Assembly: GCA_030390025.1 (NCBI GenBank)
Contig: CM059438.1
Span: 64,978,001 to 65,042,000 of the forward strand
Direction of reading: 5' to 3'
Length of the DNA stretch: 64,000 nt
From: Squalus acanthias
Lineage: Eukaryota
The notes under the pieces were generated by a model, which saw nothing but the letters and a program-made list of their open reading frames with translations, ran no database searches and was not told the DNA's origin. Numbering within the stretch: position 1 is the first letter of the stretch; each line of letters begins with the position of its first letter. This document shows, piece by piece, positions 50,701 through 62,093 of this stretch. The position numbers and the translations under genes were made by a program.

Positions 50701-51570
50701 GAACAGACATTCTGGAGGGAGATGCGGAGAGGGTCGGTGATGGCTGACCCACTGCCAGCGTCCACAGGGTCTGCACTGGGTGGGATGAGTTGAATGGGGA
50801 GGAGATTGGCAAGATTTGCCCCCAGTGGGCGCGCTGGGCGGGAAGGTCGGTGAGAGAGGAGGATGGGACAGTTGGGGTTGCTGCTCGTAAGGCGGCAGCG
50901 ACGAGTGCCTCAATGGGCCCTTCGTAGGACTCCAAGAGGCACAAAGGGAAGCTGTGAGCTTATCTAAGAGGGAGTCAAGCCTGGGATGGCACCAGGAAAG
51001 TAGGAAGGTCGAACAGTAATGAAGGATTGGGGTAGGGATTTGGGAGGGAGTGTATCCGAGAGAGGAGAGATGAAAGGAGGCATGACGACAGGAGAGAGCG
51101 GTCAGGGAGGGATAGAGAGAAAAGGAAAATAGGGGGAAAAAGTGGAATAGCTCGGGTCTGGAGCGGCAGCCAAAGTGCGCACGCGAATGGACACAGGAAC
51201 AGCTCAGGTTACATAGGCCTGTTTAAATGTAATAATTAATGGGATACATATTTCCTGGTAGCAGGAATAGGTTGGGGACAATAGTAGGGAGACCAGGGTC
51301 AAAGTCAGAGGTCCCAGGGAAGGACAAATCCGACGTAAGCAGGATGGGGCCGGCACGGAGCATCGACAAACCGCTGTCCAAAGCAGGCGAGTGAAGTCCA
51401 GAAACTATTTGAAGGGTAGAGAGTACGAGGATGGAGGTTGTTGCCGTAGGAATGAGAGTCGGTAGCGATGCAGGAAGATGATGGCTAAATTGACGCAAGT
51501 TGGAGGTCACCGTAGATCAAAGCAGCGAAGATAAAGTAAAACCACAAGCCAGTGACCAGCAAAGCTGAAA
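47771..51570 (-). mobile_element. Near full-length L2 LINE (about 3.8 kb; 5' limit approximate)
   Basis: APE endonuclease (LQNVCSLANK, ALMETWL), RT (YRPISNLPFLSK, LDLSAAFDTVDH, GVPQGS, YADDTQ), C-terminal domain and (CAA)n tail at 47771. Confidence 0.93.
47889..50950 (-). pseudogene. L2 ORF2 (endonuclease + reverse transcriptase), frameshifted
   Basis: ORF pieces 50229-50765, 48556-49416 and 47889-48479. Confidence 0.92.
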
Positions 51571-51716
51571 ACCGATAGAACAAGAAATGTTTTGCAACAA
51601 GAAATGTTTTGCAACTGATAAAAAATATATATAATATAAATACAGCTTCATTCTTTTCTCGGTTCAGAACAATGACCCCAGTGTTACAGCAGGTACTCAG
51701 GCTGGGCGCGTTCTAG

Positions 51717-53394
51717 TCAGGGTGAAGGGGGACATGCGGATGCGGTCGGCGTTGTGCTGCTCACAGCAGCGTCTAGCCTTCCTTTGTCCTTCCCCAGCAC
51801 CGTGTGAAGGGCGGCCACCAGAACATCAAACAGTTCATTGGTCACCTCCTTCGCCTCGGTGACCTGGGGTTTTCGCACGGGAGGACCCCCTCAGCCTGAC
51901 CCCCTCCCTTTTGGGCCGGGCAATCCCACCTCCAGTGTCCCATCTTCCCACACTTGAAACAAGTCTTAGACTCGTCAGTATTACACACTTCCTGACGCCA
52001 TTCTTTCCTATCCCCCTTACTGGCCTTCATCTCCTGTACCCTCCCCTTGTGTTTGACCTCCTCCCCGGAACCGGCCTTAAAAGCTAAGCCCAATTTCCGG
52101 AGCACGCCTGCCTCCATGTTCGTGAGGTCCTCGGAGTCAAACCATGCTTCTGCCTTGGCTTTAATCCGTGGCAGGCTGTTTGCTACCAGGGTCCTGAGCC
52201 AGTGATTTCTGGAGACCCCTATCAGTTGCGCGCGGTCTGGCGCACCTCCAGTTGGCTTTGCGTACACCGGCCATAGCCTGTCCGCAAATGCAGCTGGTGC
52301 CTAGCCGGCCAACTGTAGAGTCCGTTCCACTTGTGAGAACGGACTACCCTGGGTATGCCCCATGGCTCTCAGGATCTCCTCTTTCAACCCCTCTGTGGTG
52401 CCTTGCCCCACTTTTGTGGCTGCAGACAGGCTCTGATACAGTTTCCTGTCAAGGGAGAGCAGCATCAGCCTGTGGGTCTCGCCCTCGCTACACCCGTTGA
52501 TCCCCCCTACCTGCTCGACCTGCATAAAGTGAACTGAGGGGCCCCCATCCTGTTATAGTTTGGACAACTCTGCTACCATGGCTTGCAACTGCGGGGTGGT
52601 GAATGGGACCATGTAATCGCTCTGCAGTGGGCCCTGGTCACCGTTTGGTGTGGGTGGACCGTACTTTTTCTGCCGCAGAGGATACATTGGTCTCGGTGGC
52701 GCTTCCGGCGCCGGTGGGACTTCCCTGTCCTGAACTTTATCCTGTGCTTCCTGACCCTCCTCATCCCACTCCACCCAGGTTTCCCCTGGTGCCATTAAAC
52801 AGACCATGCCTCTGGCCCCAGACAAGGCTTGGGTCAATTTTTTAATCCTTTCTTCGCAGGGACCGTGATCAGAGTCTTCATAGCCCCTACTTCTAGCTAC
52901 CTTATGAGCTATTTTAATTTCCCTCAGCTGACCCTCCAAACTGTCAGCTCTCGTTGTTAATCTTGCGTTCTCCTCCCGTAAGGCCTGTTCATTTAACCTG
53001 GCCTCTGTAATCTGGCACTGCAGGTATTCCCCCATATTACGGGAGGTCTCTTCCTGCGCGCGTCTTTCCTGTCTTTCCTCGCACAACTCCACCACTAGTC
53101 TACTCCCGACTATCCCCCTTGCGTCTGACTTGTCTTCAGACTCCTTCAGCTTGTTTTGAGCTTTTCAACCTGCTCCCGGAGCAGTTGAACTTGCTTTTGG
53201 AAGCACAGGAGCCAAATCACCTTCTCTTTGGACTTGCTGTGCTCCTTGCTCCCTGTCCACTCTGCAGCCTTATCCTGGGGACTCTCAGAGCGCAACATCT
53301 CCAGCACCCATTGCTGGGATACGTTAGCCTTTGTAAACATGTAGGAGGAAATTCTGTCCTCCATTCCGGATCTCTTGCCCGCCAAACTGTCCAT
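51717..53394 (-). pseudogene. gag: Gag of an LTR retroelement or endogenous retrovirus, decayed
   Basis: ATG at 53394; coiled-coil-like N-terminus; MHR-spaced Q-L-A-G-(stop)-A-P-A-A-F-A-D-R-L; CCHC knuckle CFKCGKMGHWRWDC. ORFs 52553-53095, 52301-52525 and 51842-52267 are in the same frame across stops. Confidence 0.88.
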
Positions 53395-53413
53395 ATCTAA
53401 TCCACAACCTATC

Positions 53414-53545
53414 GTCCTGCCGCGGTCGCCAATTCTGTAACCGGTTTCTGTGGTGGTCAATTTCCTATAGGTCCTGCCGCAGTCGCCAATTCTGTAACCG
53501 GTTTCTGCGGTGGCCAATTTCCTATATGCCCTGCCGCAATCGCCA
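53414..53545 (-). promoter_or_regulatory. Tandem primer-binding sites, tRNA-Arg(UCG)
   Basis: + strand GTCCTGCCGCGGTCGCCA (53414-53431) matches the 3' 18 nt of vertebrate tRNA-Arg(TCG) including CCA, as I recall that sequence. Further copies at 53471-53488 (1 mismatch) and 53528-53545 (3 mismatches); period 57 bp. Confidence 0.82.
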
Positions 53546-53550
53546 ATTAT

Positions 53551-56196
53551 TGTAAGTGGGTTCGCCCCACCCGTAGCGAGCACACAAACCCCCTTACTAC
53601 AAGTTCTGGATGATAGGGATTACTAAGGACAGATTAGAACACAGATGATGTTTTCGGGCTCACCCGTACAGTGTTTATTAAGGTTGACAAAACCATTCCA
53701 CTCGCATACAGTACGAGCGGTGTGAACACAACAGTACAGTTTAAAACAGTACAACCCTGACTTGTCCAACAAGCCCCTGCCGTGCTGACTTACCACGGCC
53801 TAAAAACACCCTCCCGTGAACTAACTATCACAGGACCCTTCCAACGCTAAACCCCCTCTGGTTTGGTAGGAACATACAGGCACCCCCTCACACAGCTAAG
53901 TGATCTTGTGGGTGTGTAGGCTTGGCAATGCTCACCTAGATTGCCCGTGATCTTGCTTGCAGCTTCTTCCCGTACATCTCGGCTACCTGGTTCCGTATCG
54001 ACCTTGCGGCATGCGAGTCCCAGTCTGAGTCGAAGTCCGTCTCGGTTGGCAGAGCAAAGCTCAGCTCCTCTTGATGTTCCGTTGTGGGGAGGGCAGGAGA
54101 GAAAGAGAGAGCTGTCCAAAACGGCTCTCTGATATACCCCCCCCAATATACCACCCCCCCAATACACAGTCCGCTGTCTGTGGTTTTAATGGACACATGG
54201 CCTCAGGGAAATGGTTTCCAGGCCTCCTCCCAGGTTTGGATGGTTTAGATCTCGTTTCGATCTCCCAGCCGATTTAACTTAACGAGCTCATCTTCTTCAG
54301 AAACAATGAGTCGCCAGCCTCGTTATTCATGACTTGGGAGTGGGCCTCTCGTGCCATTGTTCCCAAGGACAGTCCGTTACCATACGAATTGTAAGGGATT
54401 GCTGACCCTGCGTGTCTCGTAGCCTGTGAGATTCACGCGGCTCTGTGCAGCCTGTATGTCAGTGCGGGTCTAGGCCTGGTTGCCTGTTCTGGTCTCCAGC
54501 CAGTCTGGGAACACTAGACACACCTGTGAGTGGTTCGAATCACTCTCCCTTACGGTTCTAGACACTGGACTTAGATGCGAGAGCAGTAATGGAGATAAAA
54601 CTCATGTAGACTTGGTTTGAATGGTACGAAATGGAAAATCTTTATTGCATGATACTTAAAATTATGAAATACATGTCATAAGCACAGATTAATGACAGTA
54701 CAATCTTACAAACAGTTATATAGTCGATCTTAGGGAAACGAGGAACGAACGGCACAACGTAAATAGGGGCACACATTACAAATATCCTTAATCCTCAAAC
54801 CCTCCCCTATCAATATCTATCCTAAACTAGCTTCGTAGGATCTCGAGACTCATGCTCACCACTCGTGATGACTCGGAGAAATTCCGAATAGCTGATCGGA
54901 TGTTTTTCACCGCAGCACCCACGTGTCGGTCAGGAGATCTCCTGGTCCCACTTGTTTACTTGCTTCTGCTGCTCCGGCTAGTAGGCTGGACCGTCTGCTG
55001 TGATGAAGACCTGTGTTGGTTGGTTTAACAGGTACTCTTGGAGCACCGTTGTCAATATCATTGATACGATGTGTTTTCACGTTCCAACCTCCTTAGACAC
55101 AGTCCCGTTATCGTCGATGCAATATGTTTTGTTAGAAGTTTAAAGAAGAAAACTTCCCGGCGAGAAAACTTGGCTGATCGACCTACAGGCGCGGTCGGGA
55201 TTTACTGACCGTGGCGATGGATATGGTCTTCTTCTCTTCTCCTCTCATCTCATCTCATCTCATCTCATCTCGGGCCTTTGGTTCCGCTGCCAGTTACCAA
55301 CATAGGTCTTCGTTACGCGACACGAGGTAGATCCGAACGGATCAGAAAGTTCAACAGTCTTTTCAGAAGAGGCAACAGGCAAGCAGAAGCCCAACTACGA
55401 GTACACAGGAGCAGCCACGAGGTTACGAATCGACCGGATAAAACACAGGAGCAAGCGAGCGAACGCAGGAGCAAGAGCAAGAGCAAGAGCAAGAGCAAGA
55501 GCAAGAGCAAGAGAGAGAATGGACGGTTTGGGGCCTGCAATTATAGTGCAAAAATCTTCCGTTTCCCGCCCAACTATAATGTCCATTCTTTTGTTTAGGG
55601 TTTGGCGCCCAAATGTCTTGTATGGGTGATCTCCGTTCTTAATGGGTTTCGGGGCTACTCATGAATGTTTGAGTACCTGTTAATATTTCTCCCATTGTTA
55701 AATCGGTCGGTGTTCTCCCTGGAGGGGTTTGGGGCTTCCAAGTGTCCTGTATAACTACCTGCTAACGGCTCTCTCATCGTAGAGTCGTTGGGAGTTTACA
55801 TATTAATGTCTTTTGGATGGGCCCTTGAGTACTCGGTACAATGGCTTTCCTTTGTACCTGGGAGACCGATTCCAGTATCTATGTTTATACTGCAAACCCA
55901 TAATGTCTCGTGTATTATCTTCACTGTGCTGAATCGTTATCGATCTTGCACAAATGTTTAATGGAACGCCATCTTGTCTGCCTGTTGAAAAGTCTAGAAT
56001 GTTCTGTCACGAGGTGCGGCGGCCATTTTACAGGCTGCTTGTGTCCAATTTAAACCTGCCAGCATTCTGCTGAAATAAAAGCTGTTTGAACGAAACTTTG
56101 TGTTTTCTCCTCATTAATCAAATCGCGATATATTGCGAATTCTACAGAATGCAACCTGGTTACGTCAGCCACCTTCAGCTTGAGTGTTTTTCCACA
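53551..56196 (-). mobile_element. 5' LTR (LTR D, about 885 bp net) of the gag element, interrupted by solo LTR C
   Basis: On minus, begins TGTGG at 56196 and ends CTTACA at 53551, 5 nt before a PBS; TATA-like sequence near 54135; AATAAA near 53675. Confidence 0.78.
54390..56146 (-). mobile_element. Solo LTR C (1757 bp)
   Basis: TG...CA termini; 4-bp TSD GAAT (54386-54389 / 56147-56150); collinear with LTR A; contains (GCAAGA)n and (TCATC)n microsatellites. Confidence 0.9.
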
Positions 56197-56640
56197 GCTT
56201 CCCCCCCAAACAGACTGTCCGGTTTTTAATAAGGGTATATGTTCATAATCTAAAAATCAATGGAGTCTGCGCCGACTGCTACAGGTCTCAACAAAAGAGC
56301 AAAAAACCCATTGTACTGTCCGATGTTTCAACCAGTACACAGCTCTGAAACCACAATGGATCAGGCCTACCAAAGGGAGACAATCTTACATTATTAATTG
56401 TGTAGATGCTGGAAATCTGAGCCAAAAACAGAAAATGCTGGAAGTGCTCAAGAGGCCAAGCAACATCTGCAGAGACAACCGTTGAGTTCACAAAGAGGAA
56501 GATGAAAAGGGGAAAAAGTGTCCTAAAAAAACTTCACTTCCAATAGTGCTCCGAGTATTAAAATCTGCATATGTAACAAGAGAAGGAACATTCATATCCT
56601 TAAAAAGAGTAACCTTTGGAGTCAATGCAGTATATACTAA

Positions 56641-57023
56641 GGTTGTGTGTTCGTGTCCCACTCCAGTGGCCTGAGCACAAAACCTGGACTGACACTTCGG
56701 CGCAATACTGAGGGAGTGCTGCATTGTCGGAGGCGCCGTTTTTCAGATGAGATGTTAAAACGAGGCCCGTCTGCTCTCTCAAGTGGACGTAAAAGATCCC
56801 ATGGCATTATTTTGAAGATGAGCAGGGGAGTTCTCCCCGGTGTCCTGGCCAATATTTATCCCTCAAACAATATCACTAAAAACAGATTATCTGGTCGTTA
56901 TCACATTTCTGTGTGTAAACTGGTTGCCGCATTTCTTACATTACAACAGTGACTGCACTTCAAAAGTACTTCATTGGCTGTAAAGCTCTTTGGGATGTTC
57001 GGAAATGAAAGTCTTTCTTTCTT
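56641..57023 (+). mobile_element. DeuSINE, 5'-truncated
   Basis: Deu-domain tactgagggagtgctgcattgtcggagg and L2-type tail. Confidence 0.85.
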
Positions 57024-58553
57024 TACCCCTTAATGTATTGTTGGTCAGTAATTCATTTGAAAATAATCATTGGAAAATTTAATCTCATTTATTTGGTTCC
57101 TTCAGGAGTCTTCCACTGCTGGAGTGAGGGGATCTCCTTAGAGATGGCCCATCACTGGTGACCTCATCTTTGGTGCGTTTTCAGATAGAGTGTGAGCCAA
57201 CTCTTCTTTCCTCTGTCTCCTTCAAAGTTTTGCTGAAACGTGACTAAACCTTGGCAGAGACTGCCAGTTCGATCCAAAAACACAGCAGCACACTGACACT
57301 GAGAGGACCTGGCTCCTGCCCAAAGGGATCCCCTCTGACTCACGTTACTGTGCTGACCTCTAGATTTAACTGGGTGCTTAAATAATTCAATTTTCAATCG
57401 ATATTTTTCTCATGCTAAAGCAAAAGATATGTCACAGATTAGTTTAGGCCACAAGGGTGGGCCTGAAACCCACTGAATGTGTAGGACTTGGGGACTCGTT
57501 GCAATAAGCAAAGTGCAAAACCACAGCTAAATAGTATATTCCAATCTTATAACATTGTGCAGCGCTATTTCTCTACAGAAGCCAATATATTTATTTAAAG
57601 CTAACTGTGTATATGGATAATATTGTTGAAAATAGCTGTAGATTCTAAAGAGAGGTGAAACCATTGAGACTCTTCAATATCATAATGACCCAATGTTGAA
57701 CAATTCACAACATCCACACTGATGGGGTATACATTTGGCGCATCCACCGTTTGTTTCCCATCATGGATTACCTCTGTTGCACATCCCAACAGTACCGTAG
57801 ATAATTGTATAATTCACGGCACAGTACCATTGTGCTGTTCAGTGTTTCAGCCGGTACACAGCTCTGAAACCACAGTGGATCAGGCCAAGCAAAGGCAGTC
57901 CAGCTAATGTTATTAATTATGCGGTAATTGGTAGATATAATGCTCGGCATTATTTAAAAAATGCACCATAAAGCCAAGGTTTAATTCTTCTTCCATTAAA
58001 GAGTGAATGACTAAAATCTCAGGGCATGACTTTCCAATTTGTAATGAGCATCCTTAAGTTCTTAATTGCTTTTTAAAAGCTGGAGTAATAATTCTATCAT
58101 TAACATCTTTCCATTAACTGCCATCAATGCGGTAGCTGATTCCCAGTAAATTCATCAAGGGCTGGATTTAGTCAAGTATTGAAGAGAGAAAAGGAAGAGA
58201 TGGTTGTAAATGTGATGTTGCCTAATTATATAAAACTAACTGACTTCTAGACATCCTGCATGCTTAACAATTAAGCAAGAGTTTTTCCCTCTGCTCTCCG
58301 GTCTCCTCCTCTCCCGAGGGTGCTTAATTGTGCTGTGCTATGGTCCGTGGGTATTGGCTGCCCTCTGGTACTTTACCCAAGTGGACATTCTTCACGTGTA
58401 TGCCCAGACAGTAAAGGTCACAGGGAGGTCAGGCAGTTTCTGTGGGCACAGAGCAGAGAAGTGTCATTAGGTTGGTCCTTAGTGTCTGGTTTATGGGGAA
58501 ATGCTTGGAATTTTCAGCTTGGAAGGTAGATGTCTGAGAGGTGAATTTATATT

Positions 58554-59319
58554 GGGCCAAAAATTCGGCACTTGCCGGGTGAGTACACAGCGCGTACTCA
58601 CCCGTAAGGCCTCCTGAAGTGTCGATTTCCTGCATGCACTGCGCATGCGCGGGAAACTGGAACTTCCGGTCTCGTGAAGGGAGCGGTTCAGAGGTGAACC
58701 GCGTGCGCGGTAGAGGCTGCGCGCACGCAGCAAACGTAGGGTTTTTTTTCAGGTTTCTCCGGGAGGGTATGTATTGAATAACCTACGCTTTTATAAAGGA
58801 GGCGCAGGACCCGTTTTCAACAAGGTAAGTGGTTAATTAATTATAATTTCAAAATTTTTTCAACAGGTTTATCTTTTTTAGATACTTTAAAGAAAGGTAA
58901 GTTTATTTTTAGCACTGTTAAAAAGTATTTTAATTTTTTCAAAAATTTAAATTTTTGTTTAAAGTAGTTAATTTATTTAACTTATAGTTATTTTTAAAAT
59001 GTGATGGTTTTTAAAAAATTTATTTGAAGTTTAGCTGTTCTTTTGGGGCCGATTTCAATTCACAGATTTGACAGGTCTTCCTGTCAAATCTATGAATGAA
59101 AGATGGTCTGCTGCCATTGGCCCTCCATGGCCCACGTGATCCCAGGGGACGCATCGCACTAACTATGCCCCTGGGACACGCAAGCACTGCGCGCCGGCAC
59201 TTGGAGCAGGCCCAGGAGCTGAAGTCCCCGTGGGCCAGAAGCAGAACGGCAGACGCGGTAGGTAAGTGCGCGCGCGATCCTTACCCCCGCAGCCAGCCGG
59301 AGAGGCGAATTTCTGGGCC
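58554..59319. mobile_element. Harbinger-type MITE, same family as 23766-24525 in the opposite orientation
   Basis: TIRs GGGCCAAAAATTCG / CGAATTTCTGGGCC; shared AT-rich core and gatttgacagg-N4-cctgtcaaatc hairpin. Confidence 0.85.
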
Positions 59320-59985
59320 AATGGTTTATGCGATAGTCACGGGAATGGAAAAGGTAAATCTGGAATATTACTTTAAATTAAATGGCAAGTGTAAGAAAGG
59401 TTCAAAGTTCTTCTTCTTAATCTTTCGTGCCTCACGGCACATGAGGCAACTCATTCTTCCACTGTTTTACATTCAGCAGATGTTGCTCTGGGTTATTTAT
59501 TTAACGGAATCTCTTTTTACATGGACAGGTCGTCCGCCTGACGCTGAACTCTCTATCGGCTAGATGTGATGAGGGATCGCTAATCCACTCCCATTGGGAG
59601 TGAGTACCCGGTATTCAGAGATTAGAGCTCTAGGGGGAAAAATTGGGTATCGCCCATATTGGGGCGCTAATATTGGCCTGGCGCAAAGTTTAGCGCCCGG
59701 TGCTAATTATCGCCGCCGACTGCAAAATTCGCCTCCGTCGCCCCTGGAGGTGATTTGAGCGCTAAATCAGACGCTACACACTTCTCTTGAGGCGCTAATG
59801 TCAGGGAGCGAGGCGCTACCTCAGAACGCTACCAAAGCTCAGGCGATGTCAATTACCCTCAGACAGACTGGCGCCGTCCAGTTCTTAAAGGGGAGGGGCC
59901 ATCTTGCTGCCCAGCCACACCCTGCTCATTGCAGCGCTGAATCTCGGCCTGCAAACACCTTACCACCATTGTGCTTAAAGTAGTG

Positions 59986-61843
59986 ATGGATAGGCCCAGG
60001 GAGAGAGTTCGGCGCTTTAGCGACCAGGCATTGGTGGCTCTGGTTGGCGCTGTTGAACGGCGACGGGCAGTGGTCTTCACAGAGAGTGGCAGGAGGCCAT
60101 TGCCCCGGGAGTTTCGAAGAGTGTGGAGGGAGGTGGCCCAGCACGTGTCATCAAGGAGCCTGGTGCCGAGGACACATACTCAGTGTCGGAAGAAGTTCAA
60201 CGCCCTCACTCGGGTGGTCAGGGTGAGTACCTGTTTTTCAATACCTCTACATCCCACCATCTCAACTTCACTCTGTGCCCAGACGGTGTAAATACCCAAA
60301 TGCCCAACTCAGATCCAACAACTATGGCCATCTCATAAAACTCACATGCACATCCCACATTTTGCAGACATTAAGGGCTATTCAACTATGGTAGGCACAT
60401 CTGCCAAACACATGGCTGCACACTCACTCACGCTGTCCTTTTTCTTGCAGGCCAAGCTGTCACATAATCGAAGAAAGACCCAGCGAACGGGAGGAGGACA
60501 GGTGGACGTACACCCCCTCACTGAATTGGAGGACAGAGTCCACAGACTGATTGTGAGCCAGGTCGTAGGCGTCGTGGCCGCTGGAGAGGTCGGCCCCCTT
60601 GGGGACAGCAATGGTATGTTCATCAGCTTTCTCTGCTCTCTCATACCACTTCCCCCTCACAACACCAGCCTTTTACACTTTCAATCTAACTAACTATCTC
60701 CAGTCCTTGCTCCCTTCCTGCCCCCCTGCCCTCATGCTAAAGCCACTCTTGTGCCTTCCTGCTTTCAGATAGTGAACCACCAGCTGACCAGCCTGTCCCT
60801 CAGCCTGCCAGTGGCAGCGACGCACCAGAGGAAGAGGAAGCCGGAGGACTCACCGCCTGCGTCTCCCGAGGGTGACACTTCCGATACTGGGGCCACGCGT
60901 TCCCTGGAGGGGAGCAGGGGGTTAGGATCTGATGTGGGTGAAGCTCCGGCACCCAGTGGGCTGCAGCAACGCCATGGGGGAAGGGAAGCTTGGGGGCCAT
61001 CTCCCCGGAGGGTGAGTAGGCGCATGAGTTCTGCTGCACAGGACTCGGATGAGGACCTTGACATCATGGCTATGAATACGCAGGCCTTGAGCATGCACAC
61101 TGAGCTCATGGGTGCAATGGCAAAGGTGCCCGGCAGCATGGATGCACTGGCTAGGAGCTTTCATCTGTGCACAAACCCTTGAACCCATCCTTGCCTCGTT
61201 GCAGAGGATGATTGAATTGCAGGGAGACCGTGGGGAACCAGAGCCCGTGCCGCGTGTAATGGGTGAGGTGGCAGGATCTATTGCAGCACAGGCCGAGGCA
61301 ACGCAACGGCTTAGTGCTGCAATCGAGTCATTGGCTGGTGCCATCCAATCTCAGACTGCTCTCATGCAGTCTCAGATTGATGTCACACAAGTGCTGACTG
61401 CTGCCATCCTCGCTGGGTCGCCCACAGTCCACCAGGGATCTGACAGTGCCGCAGCAGGCCTGCAATCTGTGCTCGTGCAGGTTGCTCCGGATGCTGAGGT
61501 TCTGCCCCGGGGGAGTGGCAGTGTGTTGGTCGAGCAGGAAGGTGCTGTCCTCTCTCAGGATGACGGCATTCCTGCTCCCACCACTGCCACTCCACCACTG
61601 CACTTGCCGCAGCCTGTAACACAACCAGCCCAGACTGCTGCCGCCCGTGCCGAGTTGGTGCAGTCTGCAGCCGGGCCCTCCAGGCCTAGAGCTAGTCGAG
61701 GGCGTCCTTCAAGGCCATCTGCAGTCTCTGGATCCAACATTCTTCCACCAGCCTTGGGGGTGGAGGTCACCCTTGAAGGCCAAAAAGTAGAAATTATTAA
61801 TAAATGGGGGGAATGTTTGTGGGAAAGTTTGATGTTCTCTTAA
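59986..61843 (+). pseudogene. Harbinger Myb/SANT-like protein; exons 59986-60222, 60451-60613 and 60769-approx. 61843
   Basis: RFSDQALVALVGAVERRR...VWREVAQHV...RTHTQCRKKFNAL|gtgagt; exon 2 AKLSHNRRKTQRTGGG; frameshifts in exon 3. Confidence 0.87.
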
Positions 61844-62093
61844 TATATTTGTTTACTGTTTTGGCGCTTATCTCGATGTTGTGGGAACGAGTTTTGTTAG
61901 TTTATGAATTGTTGGGTTTGTTTCTAATTGTCCTGAATAAATAAGACAGAGTTTGTAATATAAATAAAACATTTTATTGGAACTTTACAACTTTGCTGAT
62001 TTGACTCATTGGAGCTTTGCCCGGCAATTGGGGCTGCGGGATGCTTGCGATGATGTGCTTCTTCATCCCAGAAGCCATCTTCTCTGTCATTCC

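Noticed and set aside
51645..51648. GCTT matching 56197-56200 as a TSD of the gag element
   Set aside because: There is no 3' LTR or TG terminus next to it, and a 4-mer match is expected by chance.
56197..56348. Apparent terminal exon after tgtttttccacag (FPPKQTVRFLIRVYVHNLKINGVCADCY...)
   Set aside because: The acceptor is mostly the end of LTR D, I recognise no protein family, and the paralogous copy has stops in this frame.
56324..56352. GTTTCAGAGCTGTG...GAAAC on minus, resembling a Cas9 repeat or sgRNA scaffold
   Set aside because: Short chance similarity in vertebrate DNA; only two distant copies and no cas genes.
57860..57900. RSS-like CACAGTG and a YCAVN-like peptide suggesting an Ig/TCR segment
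   Set aside because: The nonamer matches at most 5/9 with the wrong spacer, there is no FGXG or V-domain framework, and there are in-frame stops.
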